The notes under the pieces: model-generated
The model's database searches: none
The model's input: only the letters and a program-made list of their open reading frames with translations
What the model was told of the DNA's origin: nothing
Position numbers and translations under genes: made by a program
Shown: piece after piece, positions 10,954 through 19,509 of the stretch
Position numbering within the stretch: position 1 is the stretch's first letter
Layout of the letters: each line of letters begins with the position of its first letter
IMG/VR virus record: IMGVR_UViG_3300037249_000541
Location: 42,382-106,381 of that record
Strand: one strand, 5' to 3'
DNA from: a virus
Lineage: Duplodnaviria > Caudoviricetes
Length of the DNA: 64,000 nt

Positions 10954-11286
10954 TTATATAAATAGTTTTTTACAAAATTCTTCTGTTGTTGGGTTACACC
11001 CACACTCTGCAATTTCTTCAATAAGCCATTGCCAATCTTCCAGTTTAACTGCATCAAACGTAGTAGATATATACCATACACAAACTTTATCTCCATACTT
11101 ATCTGTTTCACAAAACTCCTTACCTTCCACTATGTGAGTTTTACTTTCATCAAACCATTGTAAATCTTCTGAATATTCAGTAGTAATAGGAATTTTTAGA
11201 TATACTTTTAAATTAGACAATAACTCAAAAAAGTGTTTATTTGATATTTCTTTTTCTTCTGTAGTCATTTCACAAATCTGTTTCAA
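10954..11286 (-). CDS. hypothetical protein
   Basis: ORF in operon. Confidence 0.55.
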   Translation of the reverse strand: MKQICEMTTEEKEISNKHFFELLSNLKVYLKIPITTEYSEDLQWFDESKTHIVEGKEFCETDKYGDKVCVWYISTTFDAVKLEDWQWLIEEIAECGCNPTTEEFCKKLFI

Positions 11287-11878
11287 CTATACATTTTTCT
11301 ATTTTAAAGCCTGAACCTGGTGTAAGGTCGTAGTAAAATACTGGATAGTCATTTTTTGAAGTACGTTCTACTTTGTACGTATAACGACCATCTTTTAAAA
11401 GTGGATTACTCATAACTCTAAAAAGACAACTACTACCATATCCAGCAGATATGTATTCACCTTCATAGAAATATGGACTGTCAAATGTTAAATAGAATTC
11501 ATTATCATCTTTTGTTAGTTTTGATTTTTCTGTAATTTCATTACCATATTTATCTGTTGCTTTTATTAAACCATATTCTACAAAATCATCAGCCTGTGGT
11601 TTTCTTACGAACATACCAACATTTACTATCTTTCCAGTGATGGTAGAAATATCAAACAAGATTCTCGGAAATGATGAATTGTTATTTACAAAATTAGCGT
11701 AATTTTCCAGTTGATTAATCAAACATTTAGTTATAGGATTATTGCACCATTTTGTAAATTCATCTTTTGATTTAGAATTATTGAATTCAATTTTATCATT
11801 AGACCTATATACATTGACATCTATTTTCGATGTACTACCTTTACTTGCTGTTATCTCAGCTTCTTTAATCTCTTCCAT
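11270..11878 (-). CDS. protein resembling an internal domain of crAss major capsid proteins
   Basis: C-terminal FYLTFDSPYFYEGEYI...FRVMSNP...YTYKVE...LTPGSGFKIE..IVE recalls the crAss MCP segment FYLVF.E.WF..GE.I...FRI...YKVE...L..G.RFS.E...VE (from memory). Confidence 0.5.
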   Translation of the reverse strand: MEEIKEAEITASKGSTSKIDVNVYRSNDKIEFNNSKSKDEFTKWCNNPITKCLINQLENYANFVNNNSSFPRILFDISTITGKIVNVGMFVRKPQADDFVEYGLIKATDKYGNEITEKSKLTKDDNEFYLTFDSPYFYEGEYISAGYGSSCLFRVMSNPLLKDGRYTYKVERTSKNDYPVFYYDLTPGSGFKIEKCIVETDL

Positions 11879-11882
11879 ATTG

Positions 11883-12431
11883 TTATAAGTTTATTCCATC
11901 ATCAAACAAAGTTTTTTCTGAGCCACCTCTTGCTTTTGCTGCGCTCTTGATTTCTGAATTAACAGCTTCTTCTGCATCTTTAAGGTCTTTTACCAATGTA
12001 GGTATAACCTTGATTGTCTGCGCAAGAGTATTAAGAGGATATACTGGTCTGCCTTTGTCATCAACTTCATTGAAGTTAATCTCTTCAAGAGCTTTCCTTA
12101 GTTTGTCAATAGCATTTTTTGTACTATCAAGAAGCATAGCAGATTCAGTTTTAAATGAACTATAAAAGTCTATTGCTGCTTTTGTAATATCATCAGGTTC
12201 CCATTTTTCATCAATGCCAAGACTCATCTTAATTTTACTTGACCTTTCTTCTACATCTCTAAATATCTGGAAATCACTTCTTGAATCGGCAAAGAAATAT
12301 ATATATGCAAATACACTTTTCAAAAACTCCTTATCCTTTTTAAAATTATTAGCAAGGTTTTCAAAGGGTTTTAGAAGAAGTGCTTCTGGGTCTATTTTTA
12401 CCTCATAATTTTCGTATCTAAACAGTTTCAT
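11883..12431 (-). CDS. conserved crAss protein (possible terminase small subunit)
   Basis: MKLF.YE...I.PEALLLKPF, D.RSDF, DDKGRPVY, ARG motifs seen in crAss genes upstream of terL. Confidence 0.55.
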   Translation of the reverse strand: MKLFRYENYEVKIDPEALLLKPFENLANNFKKDKEFLKSVFAYIYFFADSRSDFQIFRDVEERSSKIKMSLGIDEKWEPDDITKAAIDFYSSFKTESAMLLDSTKNAIDKLRKALEEINFNEVDDKGRPVYPLNTLAQTIKVIPTLVKDLKDAEEAVNSEIKSAAKARGGSEKTLFDDGINL

Positions 12432-12519
12432 ATTAAAGTCGATAATTTATATTACCTAAAAATAAAAACCCCTCTAATTGCCCGAAAAAGAGGGGGAAAA
12501 TGTAAACAAAATGAAAAAA

Positions 12520-12879
12520 CTAAACTTCATATTCGTTGACTATGTAATCAATTGCATTATCTCGCAAAAATAGATACTGTTCGTTGTTTAATCTTATTGT
12601 TGGAACATCATATTCTACGATAGGATTCATTGACTGCATACTTTCTTTTATGGAACCTTCCTCGTATTTTGTCTTGCCATATTGAGTGAGGTTTATTTTT
12701 ACAATATCACCAACTTTAATATCCTTTACAAAAGAACCTACTGCTATAACTCTTTGCAATGGATGTAGACCGCTATGGTCTTCACCGAGTGTTATAATTT
12801 TACCAGATGTTCCTCTGTCTGCTGTTGTTATTACGTAGTTGAATCTTGGTGTGATTGTTTTGATATTTTTAATTTCCAT
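12520..12879 (-). CDS. groES: GroES-like co-chaperonin
   Basis: P.FNYV, VIAVG..VKDIKVGDIV, YLFLRD..I.YIV. Confidence 0.75.
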   Translation of the reverse strand: MEIKNIKTITPRFNYVITTADRGTSGKIITLGEDHSGLHPLQRVIAVGSFVKDIKVGDIVKINLTQYGKTKYEEGSIKESMQSMNPIVEYDVPTIRLNNEQYLFLRDNAIDYIVNEYEV

Positions 12880-13109
12880 TTTAAATAAGCTTTATGGTTT
12901 ATGTAATACTTCCCTAAATATCTAAGATAAAAACAATAGTTGCCTCTGTCATAATACATTTCATCTTCTGTCATCGTATCTTTCTCTTTCAGTTTCTTGT
13001 ATGTTTCGTATGCTTTCTGTTTTATAAGATTAAGATACGCTTCATATATTCTTTTGACATTAGATTTATTTAAGTTATACTTTGTTGCTATTGTTTGGTA
13101 CGCTTTCAT
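12831..13109 (-). CDS. HU/IHF-like small DNA-binding protein
   Basis: IA.KYNL.K..V..IY...F.LRYLGK pattern. Confidence 0.45.
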   Translation of the reverse strand: MKAYQTIATKYNLNKSNVKRIYEAYLNLIKQKAYETYKKLKEKDTMTEDEMYYDRGNYCFYLRYLGKYYINHKAYLKWKLKISKQSHQDSTT

Positions 13110-13503
13110 TTTTCAATACGTACAATAATAAAATGTTGCCGTCTTTATTGAAGTTTGGTATGCACACTGGATTTATTTTATTATCTTTATAGAAGTTTTT
13201 ACTTCTTAGCCCCTTTAAGATAATTTGAAAATAAGTTGGCGTCATACCAAGTTCTTGTCTAATCTTCCTCTTACTTTCAGCCGAGAATGTAACTGAGTTT
13301 AATACATCGTCATTAATTATATTAGCTTTGTTCTGATGATAGTATTTCAAAAATAATGCAGCTACTTCTATTTCCTTGTCTGTAAGTTTGTGAAGATTAT
13401 AAGTTAAGGTAAGCCACTTTACAAATATGTTATCATTGTTACATCTTATTTTAGCCATATTTGTTGGCATAAAAGCTGGCTTACCTTCACTTTGATTACT
13501 CAT
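13075..13503 (-). CDS. winged-helix/HTH-like protein
   Basis: LTDKE.EV...IRQELGMT..YF..ILKGLR.K. Confidence 0.45.
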   Translation of the reverse strand: MSNQSEGKPAFMPTNMAKIRCNNDNIFVKWLTLTYNLHKLTDKEIEVAALFLKYYHQNKANIINDDVLNSVTFSAESKRKIRQELGMTPTYFQIILKGLRSKNFYKDNKINPVCIPNFNKDGNILLLYVLKNESVPNNSNKV

Positions 13504-13810
13504 TGGGTTCCTTGGTGTCCTCAGAGGACTTCTGTTGGGGCGTTGTCATTTCACGTACTTTCTTCTGAATTTCATCCTTGACAAACTCCCTGAAATCGCT
13601 ATCGAACTCCTCAATATTCCTACAATTCATAATGTTTAACATAAGATTAAGGACATCGAAAACGTATCCATAATTTGCCATCTGGAGCTTTGCTCTTAGC
13701 TCGTCGTTTTGCATACTTAGTTGCTGTGCAAGTCTTCTTAGGTCATTGACGTTAAGCTCTTGCTTTGGTGCCTCAGTCTGAGGATTCATTTTAATTGTAT
13801 CTCCTTCCAT
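13496..13810 (-). CDS. coiled-coil hypothetical protein
   Basis: ORF in operon. Confidence 0.6.
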   Translation of the reverse strand: MEGDTIKMNPQTEAPKQELNVNDLRRLAQQLSMQNDELRAKLQMANYGYVFDVLNLMLNIMNCRNIEEFDSDFREFVKDEIQKKVREMTTPQQKSSEDTKEPNE

Positions 13811-13811
13811 T

Positions 13812-14048
13812 TTAACTATAATATTTATTTGGTTTATATTTATTTATATCGAATATTCCTCTTGGATGTAACACTCTTCCTCTTGGATATTTTTCTTTGT
13901 AAAGCCTTTCCCAGTCTTCTATATCGGCTTCTATGATTGAAGTGCATCCACATTTTGAACACACGTCGCATTTTGAGTCATCATCTATAATTATGGATAA
14001 TGACAAACAGTTTTCACAATATGCTATTTTATCATCCAAGTTATCCAT
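13812..14048 (-). CDS. Zn-ribbon protein
   Basis: CENC...CSKC. Confidence 0.65.
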   Translation of the reverse strand: MDNLDDKIAYCENCLSLSIIIDDDSKCDVCSKCGCTSIIEADIEDWERLYKEKYPRGRVLHPRGIFDINKYKPNKYYS

Positions 14049-14050
14049 AT

Positions 14051-14275
14051 TTATTTTGAGTTACATCTTGTTGTATATATTTCATATGCAGCATCTATGA
14101 ACTCATTAATTTTTTCATTGTCATAAAAACAATCAATATTTCTATTGAATTGAACTTCTCTTGCCACTCCATAGACACTATCAATTACATTGAATACAGC
14201 TTGACCTTTTCGCCAGCTCATAGGAACTTTCTTAACCTGTTCCATAATATTACATTTAAACTCTTCCTTAGTCAT
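14051..14275 (-). CDS. conserved phage hypothetical protein
   Basis: WRKGQAVFN...DCFY motif. Confidence 0.6.
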   Translation of the reverse strand: MTKEEFKCNIMEQVKKVPMSWRKGQAVFNVIDSVYGVAREVQFNRNIDCFYDNEKINEFIDAAYEIYTTRCNSK

Positions 14276-14744
14276 TTTCCTTGTTTAATTTCGTTAATAT
14301 ATAATCTACTATCTTTTTCATTTCACCTTTCCTTTGAATAAGGAATACTTCATAATGATTTCTTTTGTCTTTTGATAGACGATAAAGAAACATCTTCCAT
14401 TTATGTTCAAAGTCTGGTGTTATCTGACCCTTGCATTCTATTATATATGTGGTGTCATTTTCAGTATCACACATAACAAAGTCTGGTGTATAGCTCCAAG
14501 CTCTTATCTTCTTATTCGTTGCTCCAAAACCCTTCTTATGACCTTTTGAATCAAATTCAGGTTGAGTAAGAGTTATATTGTCAAGCTCAAACTCTGGTAC
14601 AAGATTGTATTTGAAAGGCTCGTATTCAAAATGCAATCCCACTGATTCAAGGTATTGATATACCTCAGCTTCATATTCAGACCTGAATTTGATACCATTA
14701 AACTCAACTCTTTTTGCATTGTTATTTAGAATTGCTTTCTTCAT
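14268..14744 (-). CDS. PD-(D/E)XK endonuclease (DUF1064 / endonuclease I-like)
   Basis: FRS..E, YEP, YTPDF, IIECKG. Confidence 0.85.
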   Translation of the reverse strand: MKKAILNNNAKRVEFNGIKFRSEYEAEVYQYLESVGLHFEYEPFKYNLVPEFELDNITLTQPEFDSKGHKKGFGATNKKIRAWSYTPDFVMCDTENDTTYIIECKGQITPDFEHKWKMFLYRLSKDKRNHYEVFLIQRKGEMKKIVDYILTKLNKEND

Positions 14745-15048
14745 AATGTTTGTTTTCTATTATTATGTCTTCTTCATCGTCAACAGAAATATCTTTCTGT
14801 GTTATCGGATAACAGTGTTCTCCATTCTTTATATATACTGTAAATGCAGATACTATTGCTTTGAGCTGTAAAGCTACATGGTATTTAGATTGTAGAAACA
14901 ACATTATGTTTTTACAAGTTTTTTCATCAGTATATTTAGTTGCTATTGTTTTTGCTTGTGTTGAAACTATAACGCCGTAGCTATATCCTGCGAACCCACT
15001 TATAATCACAACAACAATGGAAGCTACTATTTTTACTATTATGTCCAT
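14722..15048 (-). CDS. membrane-anchored hypothetical protein
   Basis: N-terminal TM helix. Confidence 0.55.
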   Translation of the reverse strand: MDIIVKIVASIVVVIISGFAGYSYGVIVSTQAKTIATKYTDEKTCKNIMLFLQSKYHVALQLKAIVSAFTVYIKNGEHCYPITQKDISVDDEEDIIIENKHYEESNSK

Positions 15049-15069
15049 TTTTATTATGTTTTTAGTTTG

Positions 15070-15143
15070 TACTGAGATTAGGACTTGAACCTAAATAAAC
15101 AAGAGCCACAATCTTGTGCTTTGCCAATTAAGCTATCTCAGCC
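15070..15143 (-). tRNA. tRNA-His(GTG)
   Basis: Cloverleaf; CAAGA-TTGTGGC-TCTTG; G-1 present. Confidence 0.9.
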
Positions 15144-15147
15144 TTTG

Positions 15148-15220
15148 TCTGGGTGGCAAGGCTCGAACTTGCGACCACTTGCTCCCAAAGCAAGCATACT
15201 ACCTACTGTACTACACCCAG
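15148..15220 (-). tRNA. tRNA-Pro(TGG)
   Basis: CTTGC-TTTGGGA-GCAAG; TTCGAG T-loop. Confidence 0.92.
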
Positions 15221-15226
15221 ATTATA

Positions 15227-15439
15227 TTATTGCTCACCGTTTTCTGCATTGCTTATAAATTGTTCTAAAGCTTTATCAGCCTTATCTAATTCCATTAATA
15301 AAGCATGAACTTTAATTAGGTGTTTAATAGATTTTATTTCCTCCTCAAGTGATTCTATTTTACACCATACTTCACATATTGCTATTAGCATTGTTATGAG
15401 CAATACTACTGTTAATGTTATTCCAATTTCTAACCACAT
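15227..15439 (-). CDS. small membrane protein
   Basis: N-terminal TM helix plus coiled coil. Confidence 0.55.
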   Translation of the reverse strand: MWLEIGITLTVVLLITMLIAICEVWCKIESLEEEIKSIKHLIKVHALLMELDKADKALEQFISNAENGEQ

Positions 15440-15440
15440 T

Positions 15441-15716
15441 TTATTTTAGTTTTATAGCGTCTTTACAAAAAGTACTTGCCTTTTCAATATCAGTATTTTC
15501 TATTTTACTTATATCTACTTGTACAACATTGCCGATAGGAGCATACCATTTCTTATACCATGCTCTAAAGAATTTTAATTCTTCAAGCCAAAATCTTAGC
15601 TGTTGATGTTCTTTCGCACATTGAGTGCAACCTTCACTCTTTTCTATACAATGTTGTATAGCCTCATCTAAGGTCATTAGAGTATTAGGTGCTGTATTAC
15701 ATAATGTTTCTTCCAT
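15441..15716 (-). CDS. hypothetical protein
   Basis: MTLDEAI.HC...C..CA.EH.QL..WL.ELK family motif; start moved to 15716 because the longer ORF overlaps tRNA-Ser. Confidence 0.65.
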   Translation of the reverse strand: MEETLCNTAPNTLMTLDEAIQHCIEKSEGCTQCAKEHQQLRFWLEELKFFRAWYKKWYAPIGNVVQVDISKIENTDIEKASTFCKDAIKLK

Positions 15717-15734
15717 AGTATTTTTTATTGTTAG

Positions 15735-15821
15735 CGGAGAGTGTAGGACTCGAACCCACAGACCACTCATCGCAGTCAACGGTTTTCAAAACCGTCGCAT
15801 TTACCATTCTGCCAACTCTCC
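15735..15821 (-). tRNA. tRNA-Ser(TGA)
   Basis: ACGGT-TTTGAAA-ACCGT, long variable arm. Confidence 0.92.
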
Positions 15822-15824
15822 AAG

Positions 15825-15897
15825 TGGAGAAGGTAGGTACTGCCCCTACTCCTATGGATTTTCAGTCCACCGCAATGACTTCATCTGCCACTTCTCC
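15825..15897 (-). tRNA. tRNA-Phe(GAA), atypical T-loop GGCAGTA
   Basis: GTGGA-CTGAAAA-TCCAT; acceptor GGAGAAG/CTTCTCC. Confidence 0.8.
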
Positions 15898-16243
15898 CAT
15901 CAATAATTCCACTTTGAAGCAAATCAAAATATGTACCTCTTTCTAATCTTATACCATGAAACTCTCCATAATCTTCTGTATCTGGTCTTTTAATCTTTGT
16001 CTTTAGTATCAGATACTTCCCATAAGTTTCTTCATCTTTTAACTCAGCATCAAATTCTATTGTAGGATATTTGTTCCTAATGTGCATTGGTTGAGTTTTC
16101 AAATAATCATTATATGAATCAAACATTGCGGCAACATCTCTTAATATAGCTATTGTAGAGTCAGCTCCTCTCTCATAAACAAAGCAAGGAACTTTTCTTT
16201 GCATTGTTATATCGTCTCCACTATATCTACTTTCTTTGTCCAT
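15881..16243 (-). CDS. hypothetical protein
   Basis: ORF; stop codon lies inside tRNA-Phe. Confidence 0.55.
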   Translation of the reverse strand: MDKESRYSGDDITMQRKVPCFVYERGADSTIAILRDVAAMFDSYNDYLKTQPMHIRNKYPTIEFDAELKDEETYGKYLILKTKIKRPDTEDYGEFHGIRLERGTYFDLLQSGIIDGRSGR

Positions 16244-16265
16244 ATTTCATTTTGTTTTTGATTAG

Positions 16266-16337
16266 AGCCTTCTGTTGGAATCGAACCAACGTTTGATGAT
16301 TACAAGTCAACGGTAATGACCATTATACTAAGAAGGC
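16266..16337 (-). tRNA. tRNA-Thr(TGT)
   Basis: GTTGA-CTTGTAA-TCATC. Confidence 0.88.
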
Positions 16338-16846
16338 AACATATCTAAGTAATCTTCATATTCTTCATATAATTCTTCTTCAAGTTTCTTTCTTATCTCA
16401 TCTTCCGACATATACTTAGATTCTTCTGGCTTATATTGTATGCTTCTTATTTTCTGCCATTCAATATCTATTTTTTCTTTTTCTTTTCTTATATTTTCCT
16501 TTTCTTTCTCTATATAGTCTTTATATACTTCTAAGTCAGAAGTTAGATTTATTATTTTATGTTTATGCTCTTCAAGCAATTCTTTGTATGTTGTCAAGTT
16601 GTTGTTAATTTTAATCCAATTGTCAACAGAAACATCTGTATGCTTGCCGTTAAACAAGATTATTAACTTGTTATTTATGAATTTAAATTCCAAATGTATC
16701 TTTGGAAATGGAATGTCATTTTCTTTTTGAGCATCAACGAATCTGTTATAATTTTGGATGATTGTCATTATATTCATCATAACCAACATTATAACAGGTT
16801 TGTCTTGCTCTCTGATGTCGCTTCTATTTATTAGATTGAACTCCAT
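16328..16846 (-). CDS. hypothetical protein
   Basis: ORF; stop codon lies inside tRNA-Thr. Confidence 0.6.
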   Translation of the reverse strand: MEFNLINRSDIREQDKPVIMLVMMNIMTIIQNYNRFVDAQKENDIPFPKIHLEFKFINNKLIILFNGKHTDVSVDNWIKINNNLTTYKELLEEHKHKIINLTSDLEVYKDYIEKEKENIRKEKEKIDIEWQKIRSIQYKPEESKYMSEDEIRKKLEEELYEEYEDYLDMLPS

Positions 16847-16865
16847 ATTGTTTGTTTTTTTTTAG

Positions 16866-16950
16866 TGGGAGAAGTAGGACTCGAACCTACTGTGTTTCTT
16901 TGTAACGGTTTTACAGACCGCCGCCACTCCACCATCGTAGCCGCTCTCCC
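16866..16950 (-). tRNA. tRNA-Tyr(GTA)
   Basis: GCGGT-CTGTAAA-ACCGT, long variable arm. Confidence 0.9.
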
Positions 16951-16955
16951 AATCC

Positions 16956-17276
16956 TTATAGCTTTATCCCTTCCTCTTTAATTCTTTTGTAAAGTATTGA
17001 TTTGTAGTCTCTCATTATTTGACGTTGCTTATAAAGATTTCCAAACTTTGATTTACCTACATATTCAAGTTCTTTTTTATTTACTGCTTCTATAAAAGCT
17101 TCAAGCGAAGATAATTTTGATGACAGTTCGTTATATTCTCTTACAAGTCTGTCTTGCCAAGTAGTAGCAGGTGAAGATGGAATTGGTTTTACTTTTTTAA
17201 TTAAATCGTCCAATATAGTTTCTAAGTTTGAAACTCTTTTATGTAACGCTTCAATACACATTAATTCTGTAAGCAT
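16956..17276 (-). CDS. crAss001_48-like protein
   Basis: W.DRL..EY.EL..KL..L..FI...L..Q...M..Y..IL..RI. Confidence 0.6.
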   Translation of the reverse strand: MLTELMCIEALHKRVSNLETILDDLIKKVKPIPSSPATTWQDRLVREYNELSSKLSSLEAFIEAVNKKELEYVGKSKFGNLYKQRQIMRDYKSILYKRIKEEGIKL

Positions 17277-17306
17277 AATATTAAGTTTTATAAGTTTTAA
17301 TAGTCG

Positions 17307-17378
17307 TAGCCTCTATTGGAATCGAACCAATATCAAAAGATTAGAAGTCTTCTATTCTATCCGTTGAACTAAGGGGCC
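17307..17378 (-). tRNA. tRNA-Arg(TCT)
   Basis: GAAGA-CTTCTAA-TCTTT. Confidence 0.9.
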
Positions 17379-17383
17379 ATTAG

Positions 17384-17457
17384 TAGGAGCAGTAGGGCTT
17401 GAACCTACGACCGCCAAGGTATAAGCTTGGAACTCTAACCAACTGAGTTATGCTCCT
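17384..17457 (-). tRNA. tRNA-Ile(TAT)
   Basis: CCAAG-CTTATAC-CTTGG; full cloverleaf. Confidence 0.85.
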
Positions 17458-17541
17458 ATTGGGATGCCTTTTTTAACCAGAGGCATCAGAACTGACGATA
17501 CATTTAAAATTTGCAATTATGTATAAATAATCAAAAAAAAG

Positions 17542-17612
17542 TAGCGGATAGCGGACTCGAACCGCTGTGCCTTGGTTATGAGCCAAGTGAGTAACCTCTA
17601 CTCTAATCCGCA
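17542..17612 (-). tRNA. tRNA-Met(CAT), initiator-like
   Basis: CTTGG-CTCATAA-CCAAG; 1:72 mismatch. Confidence 0.85.
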
Positions 17613-17616
17613 GTGA

Positions 17617-17704
17617 GAGAAATAGAGGAATCGAACCTCTCGAAACTCTAAGAACACCAGCAAGCTGGTCTGTCCCTCATTGAGTAACGCCATCTTTATT
17701 TCTC
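17617..17704 (-). ncRNA. tRNA-like RNA without D-stem or anticodon loop
   Basis: Acceptor GAGAAAT/ATTTCTC, T-arm AGAGG-TTCGATT-CCTCT, central interrupted hairpin capped by CCAG-CTTG-CTGG. Confidence 0.6.
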
Positions 17705-17709
17705 ATTTG

Positions 17710-17780
17710 CGGAGAAGCAAGGAATCGAACCTCGATTAACTGGTTAACAGCCAGCCGCTCTGCCGTTGAGCTACATCTCC
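17710..17780 (-). tRNA. tRNA-Asn(GTT)
   Basis: GCTGG-CTGTTAA-CCAGT. Confidence 0.9.
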
Positions 17781-17948
17781 ATAAAAGCTCCTGCTATAAA
17801 TGAACAAAAAAAATTAAATATTACATTTAAGGTTCTACATTAATATATATAAAAGTAACAAACACACCACCCAAACTAACTTATTAAGCAGGAGCCATAA
17901 TATAAAAACTTACAAAAAACAAAAAAAACAAAAAAAAACTTCAAAAAG

Positions 17949-18030
17949 TACCCTAAGTAGGACTCGAACCTACACACCTCTCGGCACTTGCTCCTAAGGC
18001 AAGCGTGGCTGCCAGTTACACCATTAGGGC
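17949..18030 (-). tRNA. tRNA-Leu(TAG)
   Basis: CTTGC-CTTAGGA-GCAAG, variable arm. Confidence 0.92.
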
Positions 18031-18033
18031 ATT

Positions 18034-18101
18034 TGTTAGATGCTTATAACGTGCTACCGTTACACTAAGGAGTCGAACCTATCTTTTACATTCATCTAAC
18101 A
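18034..18101 (-). ncRNA. circularly permuted tRNA-elbow mimic
   Basis: Terminal stem TGTTAGATG/CATCTAACA encloses a T-arm (AGG-TTCGACT-CCT) followed by a D-arm (GTG-TAACGGTAG-CAC). Confidence 0.7.
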
Positions 18102-18104
18102 TTG

Positions 18105-18190
18105 TACTACTGACAAGAATCGAACTTGCAAGAACATTTCTGTTCGGTGGATTTTAAGTCCACTGCGTTTACCAGTTTCGCCACAGTAGC
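18105..18190 (-). tRNA. tRNA-Leu(TAA)
   Basis: GTGGA-CTTAAAA-TCCAC, variable arm. Confidence 0.92.
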
Positions 18191-18226
18191 ATCTGCATTT
18201 ACAATATGTCAAAGAACTATTGTTTG

Positions 18227-18298
18227 TTGCCCAACAAGGATTTGAACCCTGACCACAAGAACCAAAATCTTGGGTGCTAACCGTTACACCATTAGGCA
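18227..18298 (-). tRNA. tRNA-Gln(TTG)
   Basis: CAAGA-TTTTGGT-TCTTG. Confidence 0.9.
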
Positions 18299-18356
18299 GT
18301 CTTAGATTCTTTTTCGAGTGTAGAATCTAAAAGAACACTGAACACATAGAAATAGT

Positions 18357-18539
18357 CTATTTCTTATTAGCTGCAATTGAAATTGCCCTAAATTTCCTTA
18401 GCATCTTGCCAAGCTCAACACTCTTGACTCTTGCTCGTCTGCCAGCAGCTTTGTTGCCATTAATGTTAGCAACATTGTTCTCCTTGATTGTGTCCATAAT
18501 GTCGGCAAGCTGCTCGACGATTTGTTTCAACTCTTCCAT
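18357..18539 (-). CDS. histone H1-like (Hc1) protein
   Basis: GNKAAG.RAR..S.EL.K.L..FR..S. Confidence 0.85.
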   Translation of the reverse strand: MEELKQIVEQLADIMDTIKENNVANINGNKAAGRRARVKSVELGKMLRKFRAISIAANKK

Positions 18540-18572
18540 TTTTATTTATTATTATAATTAAACATTAATTTA

Positions 18573-19150
18573 TTATCTTATTCTTTCTTCACCTTTATAA
18601 CGAAAATCTCTTAATGCATCAGCAAGCTCATTTCCGTTAGGACAAAAATGCCTTAACATTGCCATTACCAATGAGGCTGAACAACCACTATGACTTTGGT
18701 CGTCAAAAGCCCAGTAAGCAATTCGTAGCTTCTTCTCTTTACGGACAAAACGTTTGCGCATTATCTTGCAAAGTTCAAGAACATTATCAAGCTCCAATCC
18801 GTGATAAGGTCACCAAGCCTTATTGGAACTATCTTGTCCCATTCATCGTAAGTTTCTTTTAGAATCAAACCACGTGCAGCCTTGCGATACCTATCTGTCA
18901 GTTCAGGAATTTTAGCCTTAAATTCCTCTTCACGTTTTCTATATTCTTCTCTCCACTTTCTTTCATCTTCATCAAACTGAGCTTTTGTTTTACCTGTAAT
19001 TCTTAGGTAAGCATCATCGAGTGTGTCTGTTGATTTGATATAACTATCATTAAAGTCGATTATCAAATCTTCGCCACATTTATCTGCTGTTTCAACAAGT
19101 TCTTTCCAGCAACTTTCGATGTTTCCTCCGAATATTTCAATCTTTCTCAT
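18573..19150 (-). pseudogene. frameshifted conserved phage gene (or sequencing indel)
   Basis: ORFs 18761-19150 and 18573-18797 join as ...VPIRLGDL-YHGLELDN...QSHSG.S if one T is restored at about 18806 (GACCTT[T]ATCACGGA). Confidence 0.65.
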
Positions 19151-19192
19151 TCGTGCTTTATTTTAGTTTCATTTTGTTTTGTTTTGACGTTG

Positions 19193-19225
19193 CAAATATA
19201 AGAACTTTTATTATATATATGCAAT
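19193..19225 (-). promoter_or_regulatory. Bacteroidetes sigma70-type promoter
   Basis: Minus strand TTG...TATATTTG upstream of the 19150 gene and the first tRNA cluster. Confidence 0.6.
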
Positions 19226-19264
19226 AGTAATTTAGTTAAATAAAGTTAAAAAAATAAGCAAGTA

Positions 19265-19317
19265 AAAAAAATAGCAAGTAACACAATATTTCTATTGCAT
19301 TACTTGCTATTTTTTTA
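19265..19317. terminator. intrinsic terminator, possibly bidirectional
   Basis: A-run, TAGCAAGTAA...TTACTTGCTA, T-run. Confidence 0.6.
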
Positions 19318-19509
19318 ATTCAGCTTTACTATTGTTAATGATGTATTCCTTGAGTCATTAAGACCTTCTACTTCGACAATTGCAATCGCTTTGTTAAGGA
19401 ATGATTTGATTTTACCAACTTGCAATGTTGGCGTTGTTGTTCCTCTTTTCTTGTGAAGAATTACAACCTTATCGTTGAGATGCAACTCCTTCCCTGCCTT
19501 GTCTTTCAT
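19315..19509 (-). CDS. small SH3/KOW-like hypothetical protein
   Basis: MKD..G.EL...D.V pattern. Confidence 0.55.
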   Translation of the reverse strand: MKDKAGKELHLNDKVVILHKKRGTTTPTLQVGKIKSFLNKAIAIVEVEGLNDSRNTSLTIVKLN

